A stretch of DNA of 63,078 nucleotides, filler included, from Lenisia limosa (Eukaryota > Protista > Breviatea): the NCBI GenBank assembly GCA_001655205.1. It is 10 parts of 10 records of this genome, joined end to end, with 100 filler letters (N's around TTAATTAATTAA, not from the genome) between each part and the next. Parts side by side here need not be neighbours in the genome. Positions count along the whole stretch, not along the records: positions 1 to 18,348 come from LPNZ01006100.1; positions 18,449 to 19,730 come from LPNZ01001333.1; positions 19,831 to 21,243 come from LPNZ01006523.1; positions 21,344 to 37,540 come from LPNZ01011297.1; 6 more parts are not named here. One strand, given 5' to 3'. The notes beneath the pieces were generated by a model. That model searched no databases, was not told the origin of the DNA, and worked only from the letters and a program-made list of their open reading frames with translations. The stretch's first letter is position 1. Each line of letters begins with the position of its first letter. The position numbers and the translations under genes are program-made. Shown piece by piece: positions 13,501 to 24,044 of the stretch.

Positions 13501-16500
13501 TGAACATTCGGGACTGAGAGTGAGTTGGGGGGGGGGGGTGATGGAAATACGTATAATTCTATGCATTTCTCCTATTATGTATGTAGTAGTATAAGATGAT
13601 AAATATCACATACACTCAAGAACATACACATGATAAGATACTCCAACTTATATAAGAGAAATGGGATTTAGTGAAATATGTTAATTCACCCAATCATATT
13701 TACAATCCTATTAAAAAGATTTCAAATGATGCCTCCGCATACCACGGGATGGATGAAGATCTGCCACGCATAACGAGAGAACACAGCAGAAGCGATGACA
13801 AGGGACATTGTGACCAACACAATAGTTACAAGGTTCCACCACGCCTCATCCACCACATGCGACCGTATATCCACACTGGAGGGTTACGGGGGTTGCCAAT
13901 AGCTACTACAGCGGTTCTATGTCCAAAAACAGATTTTGCATCCACCATATCTCTAAGACAGACCCCGGCCCACGTGGCAGTAGCTGACACGCCACTTGAC
14001 GATGAGACGTCGGCAAGTTCATAGTTCCGTCGGTCGCTGCGACTGCGGGACACCAATGACGTGTTGCCGATAGTTAGGGAGTCTGNNNNNNNNNNNNNNN
14101 NNNNNNNNNNNNNNNNNNNNNNNNNNNNNNNNNNNNNNNNNNNNNNNNNNNNNNNNNNNNNNNNNNNNNNNNNNNNNNNNNNNNNNNNNNNNNNNNNNNN
14201 NNNNGTAAGTAGTCCTTGCGAGGCTACCAGGATATTCAGCATTGTTGACTGCATTCTCCAACCAGGGTTAGCTTTTGTATAGTATATGTTGCCATAATCC
14301 CCGTCGGCTTACAAGGGTTAAACGATGAGTCAAATTTGGAGATAAGGGACGACATGGGTGCTGCGGAAGTGACGGGGGACGTGGAGGCTGTGATTGCAAG
14401 AGAGTCTAGCATGGCTGGGGGGGGGGGGGGAAATTNNNNNNNNNNNNNNNNNNNNNNNNNNNNNNNNNNNNNNNNNNNNNNNNNNNNNNNNNNNNNNNNN
14501 NNNNNNNNNNNNNNNNNNNNNNNNNNNNNNNNNNNNNNNNNNNNNNNNNNNNNNNNNNNNNNNNNNNNNNNNNNNNNNNNNNNNNNNNNNNNNNNNNNNN
14601 NNNNNNNNNNNNNNNNNNNNNNNNNNNNNNNNNNNNNNNNNNNNNNNNNNNNNNNNNNNNNNNNNNNNNNNNNNNNNNNNNNNNNNNNNNNNNNNNNNNN
14701 NNNNNNNNNNNNNNNNNNNNNNNNNNNNNNNNNNNNNNNNNNNNNNNNNNNNNNNNNNNNNNNNNNNNNNNNNNNNNNNNNNNNNNNNNNNNNNNNNNNN
14801 NNNNAGTATTTTGGAACTAAGGTTGCCCTTTGGACCCAAAAAAGTCTGAACTTCTCGATGTCACACCCATGAATATTGTCATTTTACAGACATTCTCGGA
14901 CTGAGAAGCCCCCCCTTGGAACCGTAGTAAACTCCACGCCACGCCCCACAAGGAATAGCACGGACGAAATGCTGATTCGGGTTGACCGATCAATGAGTCG
15001 CTTTCCGGCCTTCAAACTGCGTGCCGGCATGTTGACTGCATCGTCGTCGCTAAAATCAACCACCTGTATAATGAGATGCATCAAAAAAGGTGAAGCAACA
15101 GGGCAATATCTTCGCAATCACATTTATGTATTATGAGAGACTAATGATAAAAATTAAAAATCAGTGTTCTTCTTGTAACTAAATAGGGAGAGGTACTGTC
15201 AGGTTTCGGGGTAATTATTGACCCTCCCCCACGTTTGACTGACCCTCCCCCCCACGTTTGACGCTTTGCCCTTGGACTTCTCAATGACTTTCGTGAACTT
15301 CAGCAACTTTCCCGCCCTTGCTGATGCCCTAAACGATGAGGCCGCATATCGCCATGGGGGTGGGGGGTGGGGGGAGAACGAGAGGTTCTCAATGCTTATC
15401 TTCATCTAATTAGCATTCCGAAAAATGCTTATAGTCAGCCAAAGCCAATAATGGACCAGACAGATTCGGAAGTAAATATATTAACCAAGGCTTCGCATTC
15501 TGAATTAATCATAACACAGCCTCAGTTATGGATATTCCGTACCCAAAGCCTATGAGGCTCACCTGGCAGCTCGGCCAGCACGGGCCAAATAAAGGGCTCG
15601 ACCTGTTGTTGGGAACACATCCACTCCGAACAGGTACAGAATGTCGGGAAATAAAGATATCTAGGGTGGTAAACATCCAAATTATCAAACAAATATCGAG
15701 GCCATTTTGGAGGTTAGGGTTACTACCACCAACACTCCCCATGCCTACCAAAGCCAGGAAATCAAGCCAGAAGTAGAAGCCCATGTATCCCTCATCCTGG
15801 GCTCCGATGTTGAGGAACAGTTCAATGGCGAACAGCACGAATACCGCCAGGGTGACAAGCCCAATTGCTGCGAGGCGTCAAAGGGTTTTCAGCGGAGTGA
15901 AGTGCATTTGTCAGGGAAATGTACACCCAAGTATGTGAAACTGCATATAAAACAACCCTCTGTTGTATGAATAAAGATAAACCGTATTTGCTATTTGTTA
16001 TTAACATATCGTATTATACTACTGTAAATACAAATAAAAAAAATAAAAAAAACATATCGATATTCCGCACGCACGTACATATATGTACACCACTCACAAA
16101 ATCGGCCAGGAAATCATTAACACACCAAAATATCACACATAAAACCCTTCAAATCGCATTTATACATGAACGGTTAAACGCGAGGAGAAAAAGGAGGTTC
16201 GGTTCACACTCAAACAAATAACTGCAGAATAAAAAAGAGATAGGTTCCTATCAACCCCAATTTACACATATCAGCAGATGGTTGCAAGAAAATAATTGCA
16301 AGGTCAGGCGCGAAAAAGGCCCAGAGTGTGCATAACGTCATAAGAATCGAGATGAACCGTGAGTCAAGGAAAACTGAGAGTCTAAAGAGAAATAAAGACA
16401 AATCGCAAAAGAAACCGAGTTTAATCTTGGTTATATAAGTTTAGAGGGGTAGGGATGAACGGTGCCTTGCTTACACTGACTTGGGCTGCTCTTCTACTGA

Positions 16501-16640
16501 CTTCATCATGGCGTCTGCCCTTGCCAGATCGGCTTAAAATACTTCTCCTCTTGCGTACTCCTCTTTTCAAATTATTTGTAGCCTTCTTTTCCTTTTTTTC
16601 CCAATTTTTCCGTCAAAAACAAAATTTAAATACTTCCTGA
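10548..16640 (-). CDS. Voltage-sensor (ion-channel-like TM)/class III adenylyl cyclase fusion, ACalpha type, catalytically degenerate
   Basis: Exons in ACalpha order: S1 LSVFLDSRFISILMTLCTLWAFFAPDLAIIF (from 16381); S2-S3 LFAIELFLNIGAQDEGYMGFYFWLDFLAL; basic S4 SSFRASARAGKLLKFTKVIEK; GKRLIDRSTRISISSVLFLV; TM VLVTMSLVIASAVFSRYAWQIFIHPV; ETGVML-SNLKMIVGLMQASMGEA-GAALVTRNLSRGGDLSVMTPARQ (ends 13093); VRGVFVYVRIRNLSNISSAVGPDIS (11734-11660); LFLNRFAGTVHNLA-YAYGGAPSRPVGQGVLIVWK; EVDIAIHAGEALECTIGSRHKLDTVYIG-PDICTTHAL. True start not resolved. Confidence 0.8.
10654..10708 (+). repeat. Family C dispersed intronic repeat (partial copy)
   Basis: TACTATA...TCCAATATCTCTCAGAAGCGTGATGGTGTGGACGGCTTCG matches the copies at 40283, 42951, 48488 and 53361. 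Confidence 0.75.
12392..13037 (+). CDS. Antisense spliced gene nested in intron 11735-13092 of the cyclase-like gene; product unknown; probably has further upstream exons (~11860-12245)
   Basis: Three phase-consistent exons, 12392-12456, 12572-12910 and 12995-13037 (TAA), give MVGGQQDLQIRVHVLEDTQDGI-QDPVWVRAKIDQLLSKG...LALKGFSTFT-GSESDDDESSQYA*. CTAAC branch-like motifs precede the acceptors at 12391 and 12571. Confidence 0.6.
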
Positions 16641-17304
16641 TTCAAGGGTAACGAATATCCAAAATTTGATTCAAGGGTAACGAATACACACATTGTACAC
16701 AGGCACACAGGACAACAGGACAAACAGATAAATAGATAAACAAGAGATAGGTGGTGGTGTGTACTTGTATAGACGCTTTGATGATTATTACAATTGTTGA
16801 AAAGAAAAGATTATGAACCTCAAAAAACAGCTGTAACTCAGCGCCTAATTCCCCTCTGCTATTCTGACCCACATTATATGCAATTAAACTTGATAGTCAG
16901 GTAATTTATGGAGGTAAACGAAGACAGGAAGCATAGGCACCTCTAACGATCTCACGGCTTCTTCTGTCATGTCATTGTGAGACGGCTTGTTGGCAGAACA
17001 ATCCGAACTGTGAACAGCAACCATGTTTTCCTGTTTGAGGGTGTAAATATATGGGCTTTTGGGACTTCTGTAAGCAATTCAATCCGTCTCTTTCTTCGTC
17101 TATTATGAATAGGCGAGGGGTCTGGGAATCTCGTTCGTGAATCATGAGGAGGAAAAGAATGCAAGAATGGAAAATAATATATTCTTATTACCCCTTTTTG
17201 AAGGATTAGCGATTCTTCCATCTTTCCCTTAAAATGGTAAATCCCAATGATTAGTATTATTGTCACACATGTATAAATAAACATAACGTGTACTTACCCC
17301 CCAG

Positions 17305-18295
17305 GCTGTAAGCCAGCGGCTAAGGAGGAAGGTAAAGGCATTCACCCCAATGCAGTCTTTGGAGTCGACCTTCTCCTTGCAGAAGAAAAAAACCCGTGAG
17401 ATGCTTGATCGAGACGATCTGTCACTTGATTGGTTGCGTGTGTAATTCAGATTCACTTCATTCAATAGTTGTAGTGATATACCATTCAATCAATCACTTT
17501 ACAAAGAATGAAAAGCCAAATATTAAACGTTTTTTTCTTGAAATAAAAAAGGACAACGCAGATATGCGCTATTATTGGGTTTTCAAGGACCAACATTTTT
17601 TTCCCCAGTGCAACGTCTTAACAGTTTAGTGGGAACACAGCTGGAGTGCCCGAGATTGTTGAGCTTTGTTCGGAGTACATTTTGGAGCATGGTGAGGGGA
17701 GTTCATTATCAAGAAGAAAAATTGTATAGTATCTGGTCAGAGGGCAAAAACATCAAGATTAATATATTTTTGTGCGTCACAATACTTTTTCCTTCAGAGC
17801 ATTTAGCTTGCTTTCTCAATTTGAAAGCGTATTTTGAAAGGGTTTTCGGACTTTTCCTTTGATTTCTCATGTAGTTATGAGATAGCTCCACTGATTGATG
17901 TTGTTTTTTGGTCGCCGCTTACACAATGCTTCCCTTTCACTCTTCAGGAATATCAATAACAGGAGTGTTCCGAATCCCTGGTAGTGCCATTCAAATTAAA
18001 CATATGAAGTTTGTGTACGACTCAAGTGGGGGGGGGGCACTCATCCTCGCATTACCCAAGGAGACCCTGATTTTTTTACTTGTAGCCCCAAGAGTTTTTG
18101 TTATTCCTGCTTTTTCTCACATACTACATATTTGAATACAATGTTGCAAAATGGTCTGAATTTGACAGTGTCTTTTAAAACAAATATTCCTTTATCATCA
18201 GTAAAACTGGTTTTTGCAACCTTTTTTTTTTTCATTGTTCCAGAACGAGAGTTTTCACCCCGCGATGTCAACAACGTTGCGTCCCTATTTAAAGA
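17305..18295 (+). CDS. RhoGAP-domain protein (truncated at scaffold end)
   Basis: Exons encode HPNAVFGVDLLLAEEKNP, GVPEIVELCSEYILEHG, ISITGVFRIPGSAIQIKHMK (arginine-finger motif GVFRIPG) and RDVNNVASLFKE. Confidence 0.85.
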
Positions 18296-18348
18296 GTGGG
18301 AAGGGGGACTTTGGCCTGTGCATTCATATTATCATTAGGTGTCATATT

Positions 18349-18448
18349 NNNNNNNNNNNNNNNNNNNNNNNNNNNNNNNNNNNNNNNNNNNNTTAATTAA
18401 TTAANNNNNNNNNNNNNNNNNNNNNNNNNNNNNNNNNNNNNNNNNNNN
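18349..18448. other. Artificial scaffold-joining spacer (44N-TTAATTAATTAA-44N); also at 19731, 21244, 37541, 39889, 43618, 57446, 59514 and 61483
   Basis: The same 100-bp structure occurs nine times, and the 12-mer gives stops in all six frames. Confidence 0.97.
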
Positions 18449-18526
18449 ATGCTAATTTGGTGGATTGTGTCATCTCTGATCCTAGTTTCAATAGAGACTT
18501 TGTTGCATCCAAATTTGACATTGCAG

Positions 18527-19525
18527 ATCTGTGATCACAACGAACCCCCGTCTGCCGTCAGGATGGATTGCGGCGGCGCGTCTGGAAGAAGCAGTGGGCA
18601 AAATGATCAAGGCCCGGGCGCTAATTGCGGAGGGATGCGAAGTCTGCCCCACGTCCGAGGATATTTGGCTTGAGGTTGGAGGGTCTTTGTGTGCAGCTGA
18701 ACCGCCGGATCTTCATGATCTAAATTTCAATAGAGACTTTACTGTAAAGGGTACCCCAGGGTTTTTTGATTATTGTCAGGGTTCCCCTTTGTTGTTCATT
18801 CCAAAATTATTTAATTCTTTGACGGATGCAGAAGTATTACGTCATATGATAATTTTTTTTTTTTTGGGGGGGGATGTTCCCAATGTGGATTTTTTTTATT
18901 CTTGTATCTTTTCGATAGATGAGTGTATTATCCTGCTCTCAAAATGAAATCTGTAGTTGTGCACCTTACATACTTTTGTATTCTTGTAATTGCACACAAA
19001 TATGCTAACTTTCTTCTTTGTAATAAGTGTGAATAGGACTGCTATACTGGCTTTGTTGGTCGGATCCCACTCACCGCCGGAACAAAGTCCTTTTCTTACC
19101 AATGTAGGCCTCACGCCTTCAACCCCCTGAAGAAGCCAAGGGTATTCTGACTCAAGCGGTGAGTCAAAGGGGATCATTACTGGGACTCCTGCAATGATTT
19201 TTTAAGAAATTAATTGACAACATATGGAATTAATATGGCTGAAATTAAGTGTACATTACACAATATGTCTTATTTCAAATTTTGCAAATAATTTATCAAT
19301 TCATTGTATAGAGCCCTAATTATCGCATAGCATGTCACTTTTTGGGTAATTTTGAACAATCATTTTCCACGTAGTGATATGATACCTCATATCCGCAGTG
19401 TATTGATCTTATTACACCTCCAATTTCTCATTTGATTTTGATCTGAACTAAACTTTTAGGCACTCAAAATCCCAACGTCTGTGCGTATTTGGCTTGCAGC
19501 ATGTGAATTGGAAGTGGAAACTAAG
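18527..19525 (+). CDS. PRPF6: Pre-mRNA splicing factor Prp6 (internal fragment, 3 exons)
   Basis: Exons 18527-18674 ([46 protein letters not shown]), 19108-19158 ([17 protein letters not shown]) and 19460-19525 ([22 protein letters not shown]) match the Prp6 HAT/TPR region. Confidence 0.92.
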
Positions 19526-19922
19526 GTATGTCAGGTATCACCACACGACGGCGCATCAACTTTTGATTTCAATGTAATATTTGGAAATCCAATAAATTTC
19601 TTTGGATTTTTATATTATTCTCATGCTTGAATTGCAAGTGGAAACGCGAAGGTACAATTCCGCCTCCCCCCCATACAATCTTTTTTTTTTGTTTTTTTCT
19701 CCCTTCATTCCATCTTACACACGTTATGCCNNNNNNNNNNNNNNNNNNNNNNNNNNNNNNNNNNNNNNNNNNNNTTAATTAATTAANNNNNNNNNNNNNN
19801 NNNNNNNNNNNNNNNNNNNNNNNNNNNNNNGTTGTTTTCTTTTTTTGTTTCATCATCTTCTTCACCCCTCCTCCCAGACTACACGGTGTAGGGCACTGTG
19901 TCTCCTCTCTCGCCTCTCAACC

Positions 19923-20018
19923 ATGGGAGATGACGACCTTATAAGAGGACCTATCAGGCCTCGGAGCTTCTCCAGAATATCTAAGGATAAGGTGGGTGAT
20001 GAAAGTATTGTTTACAGA

Positions 20019-20069
<51 letters not shown>

Positions 20070-20930
20070 TTCTCTCGACCCGCATACATACACAGGTACA
20101 CATCGTCATCATCATCAACATCATCATCATTACCATTTACCTCACTGGTAGCGTCTGTCGGAGTCCTCGCAGTCTTTGGCCGTTTCTGACCTGGAGGTTT
20201 TGGACGAACCGCCACCCCAACTTCGAGTCATTTTTGTTGGGGGGTGGGGGGCTTCATTGAGGAAATACGTTTGTTCCGATGAGTATGTTCTGTCTGTAGC
20301 TCTCGTTCAAAGTCATCCAGTCATATGATAGATATGATATACATATGATACGTATGCCTGTATTAAAATGAGTGGCGGCCGGCACAGTATAGAATTCTGC
20401 TTTAGAGTATATGCTCTGTCTGTAACTCTTGTTTTAACCCATCCTTACTATAACACAGTCATATGTGCATGTATGTATATCATTGATGGTGACTTATCGG
20501 ACACTGTATCTACGAGCCTTGCTTCACGGATGTTCCTTACTGTCTAGCCTCGCCTCCTTCTCGATCAATCTGAAGCGTCTCAGTGCATTACGGCCGAAGA
20601 AGTCACTAGTGCTATGCTCGAATCTTTCAATGACGATACAGCCGGCTTGATAGTGTTCTTTTTGAGTGGGAAGGGGGGGGGGGGTAAAAAAAACCTTGCT
20701 ATATTATCTCTATCAACCGCGTTTTGACTCTTGTTATTAGGGCTTCGTGCAATTAATTTTTGAGGAAATCAATTGACAAAAATTGAAATTAAAGTGCGTG
20801 AAAAGTTCAACTATTGAAATTGATTTTTCAATTAATTGCACGGAGCCCTAGTTGTAACCTTTCTAACGTCTAAGAATGGTGGTGGTCATCACTTCTCATA
20901 TTCCCCGAAGACCTTCAGGGGACGCAAGAA
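19923..20930 (+). CDS. 5' part of an uncharacterised gene
   Basis: Phase-consistent exons MGDDDLIRGPIRPRSFSRISKDK | RLSESSQSLAVSDLEVLDEPPPQLRVIF | PRLLLDQSEASQCITAEEV...LIVFFL | KWWWSSLLIFPEDLQGTQE. Confidence 0.6.
20021..20076. repeat. (CT)n microsatellite in an intron
   Basis: Directly visible. Confidence 0.97.
20738..20850. mobile_element. Family B-related MITE (divergent subfamily)
   Basis: TAGGGCTTCGTGCAATTAATT ... AATTAATTGCACGGAGCCCTA inverted ends share the TAGGGCT termini of family B. TSD is degenerate. Confidence 0.65.
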
Positions 20931-21343
20931 GTTGGGGGGGGGGGGNNNNNNNNNNNNNNNNNNNNNNNNNNNNNNNNNNNNNNNNNNNNNNNNNNNNNNN
21001 NNNNNNNNNNNNNNNNNNNNNNNNAAAAAATTATGTACTGCATCCATAAATTAGAACCACCATTGCACTTGATCACTGAATAGAAGTTTTAACCACCTTT
21101 ATTTACTTCAAAGCTATTACCCCTAGCAAGCAGTCTGGGCTTTGTTTTGTTTTGATTGTTTCGTTGTTTTGGCTGTCTAAGAAACTGTCCATTAACTCCG
21201 CTGGAGAAAGGGATGCGGTTTTGCAGAAGCGACTGGCCTGGGTNNNNNNNNNNNNNNNNNNNNNNNNNNNNNNNNNNNNNNNNNNNNTTAATTAATTAAN
21301 NNNNNNNNNNNNNNNNNNNNNNNNNNNNNNNNNNNNNNNNNNN

Positions 21344-23652
21344 GTAAAAAAAAAAAACAGACAATGTGTAGTACTGGTTGTGCGTAGTTGACGGGAAGAA
21401 TGTAAATTCTCAAATATCATGTTTAAACCCCAAAAAAAGAAAAAGAAAAAGTAGAAGCCAAAAATGACCAAACTTGGAACAACCTCGGGAGTCGGGTAAA
21501 TGGACATTTTTCTCCGAGGTTATTTTAGATGAAAAAAAACTACCCTACAAAATTATCCCGAGGGTGCTTTTCAAAACTGTAAACATGGATTCAAATTATT
21601 TTGCAAAACAAAACAGCGACTGAACCACCTTATAATATGCATGTAGCTATACCGATCATATATTCATATGACCTCAACAAAAAATATCATCATTATTTAA
21701 TCCTATCTGCACCAAGCATACCCGCAAAAGGCGTGGAAGTGAGGACCGGTGTAGAGGTGCGCGAATTGGCGCGTCGGCGCGCAGGAGAAGGCAGAATCTG
21801 GATCATGTGGACTGAAAATGTGAGATGGCGTACTCTCAAGTTTCCAACCAAAAAATATTGCTACACAAGAAGACAAATCAGGTGCACAGATATGTCACAC
21901 TACCCCCCCCCCCCNNNNNNNNNNNNNNNNNNNNNNNNNNNNNNNNNNNNNNNNNNNNNNNNNNNNNNNNNNNNNNNNNNNNNNNNNNNNNNNNNNNNNN
22001 NNNNNNNNNNTTTGGTCGAATATCTCTTCCAAATCTTCATGTGATGTCGCAATCTGAATTCCTTCCACCTGCACAATGAAATCACGAAAATCATACAATC
22101 CTGAACAATTTGTTGGTATTTACGAAAACAATATAATGACCTCGATGTCTTTGCTCAAGTTACATTCTCCTTCTGTCAGCCCACCACAACAGTCCGGCGT
22201 CCAAGCTCCACGGCAACGGGCGTATCACCAACACGGCGGACGGACTTGTCATCATTGCTGACTTCAACCTAAGAAGGGATAAAATTCACTCGTGTGACGA
22301 GTAATGATAATGCTATGTATAATAATAACCTCGCATTACACCAGAAAACAACATGTCTTATCAGTGTTATGATGAATGACAGATATTACCTTGTTATTTA
22401 TCTTTTGAATTGCTAAAAGAAAAAAAAATAATAATAAAAAAAACTCTGATATCGTTGGTTTGCCAACAACCCGTCAACACATAAACACGACCATGATAGT
22501 AACGGCCGAACGAAGGGACCCTCACCGTTGTTGCAAGTGTGCGGAGTACGGCTGCGACATGTTGCGGGCGGGCTCGGAGTCTGCAATGTCAGGCTCTCAT
22601 ACTGATACATATTGACATATAATGAACACATAGAGTCCTTATGTTGCGCTTAGGGTAATGCAGGAGTGTTGGGACTGTAAAACTGCCAATGAGAGAATTG
22701 TGAAAATAGGTTGTTCAAGTTGTTCAATATGCAGTTTGGATCATGCTAACATGTTGAGGTAAGCTGGAGTAGAAATGATGAACAAACAGCACTGTCAATT
22801 GGTTAAAAAGATACAGTCGAAAGCCTAGGAAACATCACAACATTTCAGAGCAATGGTTTCATCTTCAACTCTGTTCACATTATAGTACATTCCAATTCAT
22901 CCATAATAGAGTGAATAACCAAGAAGAAAGGCCGGGACAAGGCTTTTCGGTTTGAGTCATGTGACCACACTTTCCAGAACAACAGATGAAAGGACCAAGC
23001 ATAGTTCTCGTCTTTCACAACTTCGGTACTCGTTTATTGAATATTACGATGTTACAGAACATAAAGAAGACCGAGCAATAGTGTCAGACAAACCTCTTCA
23101 TTCGGTTGAAGTTGCAGATAGACACGAGACTAACATAGCCTTGGGCTATAATTGTTAATATTTCGTTGATATACTGCTACAAGAGCATTTGAAACTGTAG
23201 GTGGGGGTAGAAGAACGAATAGTAGCAAGAGAACATATTCAACCAGACCGCTAACCGTCTTTAGCGATCGCTCTGAGCATAATGTCATCATTGTTGAGGT
23301 TGGAATCGCTAAAGTAGTACTCCACTTGCTCCACAATCTGTTAATCATGAGAGGTATGTCTTATCTCACCCTTATATCTGCACTATAGTTATCAATGTTA
23401 TAAACATGTATTCAAGCGGCTAAGCACATCAGCAAATACCTCTTTCATCCCGAACTGCTCACGTGCATGAACCAACCTTATGTGCCTTTGCTTCTTTCCG
23501 TGCCTTTTCATCCTTTACATTGGCAGCTTCCAGGGGTGGCGATCCTAGAGTCAAACAGTGAGCTCAGGGAAAAAAAAGGAGTGCCACATACCAGCTGAAG
23601 TAATTTCAACGTCATCTAGGGCGAACTGAAGGTCTTCACCGTCAACAGCCAT
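21344..23652 (-). CDS. La-motif + RRM protein (La/LARP family), 3' end truncated
   Basis: ATG at 23652. Exons IVEQVEYYFSDSNLNNDDIMLRAIAKD (from 23337), AQGYVSLVSICNFNRMKR, LRARPQHVAAVLRTLATT, VEVSNDDKSVRRVGDTPVAVELGRRTVV and VEGIQIATSHEDLEEIFDQ join in frame as a La motif followed by an RRM. Confidence 0.88.
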
Positions 23653-24044
23653 CGTGTATCAAAGCCGAAGTACCTTGAGAGACAATTTAAAAATCAAATT
23701 AGGTCCTTAATTGCAAAATTAGCTAATGTTCTAAACATTAGAGTCTATACTAAGGTCAACCAGTCGCTTTGTGTCACATAGAGGGCTTTTAGAATAATGA
23801 AACAATTTATATTCTATCTACGCCGCCGGGAATATATTTCGCGCCCGAATTTTTTAGAAGCCCTTTTTCAGCAACCTGTATTTAGTTATTTATTATTGTT
23901 TACTTGCATGAGATTTATTTTAAGTTCAGCTTTTTTAATAGTAGCCCCAAGGATGATTGTTGAAGAAATGTAGTTTGCACCGTGTTACTTGACTCTTTGA
24001 ATACCCGATTCCTGATCTTCCATATTTGAAGAAAGTAATGCCAA

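Noticed and set aside
18349-18448. Recurring palindromic TTAATTAATTAA motif between N runs
   Set aside because: An identical 100-bp construct repeated nine times with six-frame stops is an artificial joiner. Adjacency of genes across these spacers has no biological meaning.
19623-19657. Degenerate copy of the PRPF6 exon end plus donor as an alternative exon
   Set aside because: No convincing acceptor precedes it and the frame does not continue Prp6. It is probably a decayed duplication.
20012-20215. ORF containing an ER dipeptide repeat
   Set aside because: It arises from an intronic (CT)n microsatellite.
20520-20930. Weak resemblance of LIVFFLKWWWSSLLIFPEDL to a RhoGAP helix
   Set aside because: The match is too short and there is no arginine-finger motif, so the gene was left unassigned.
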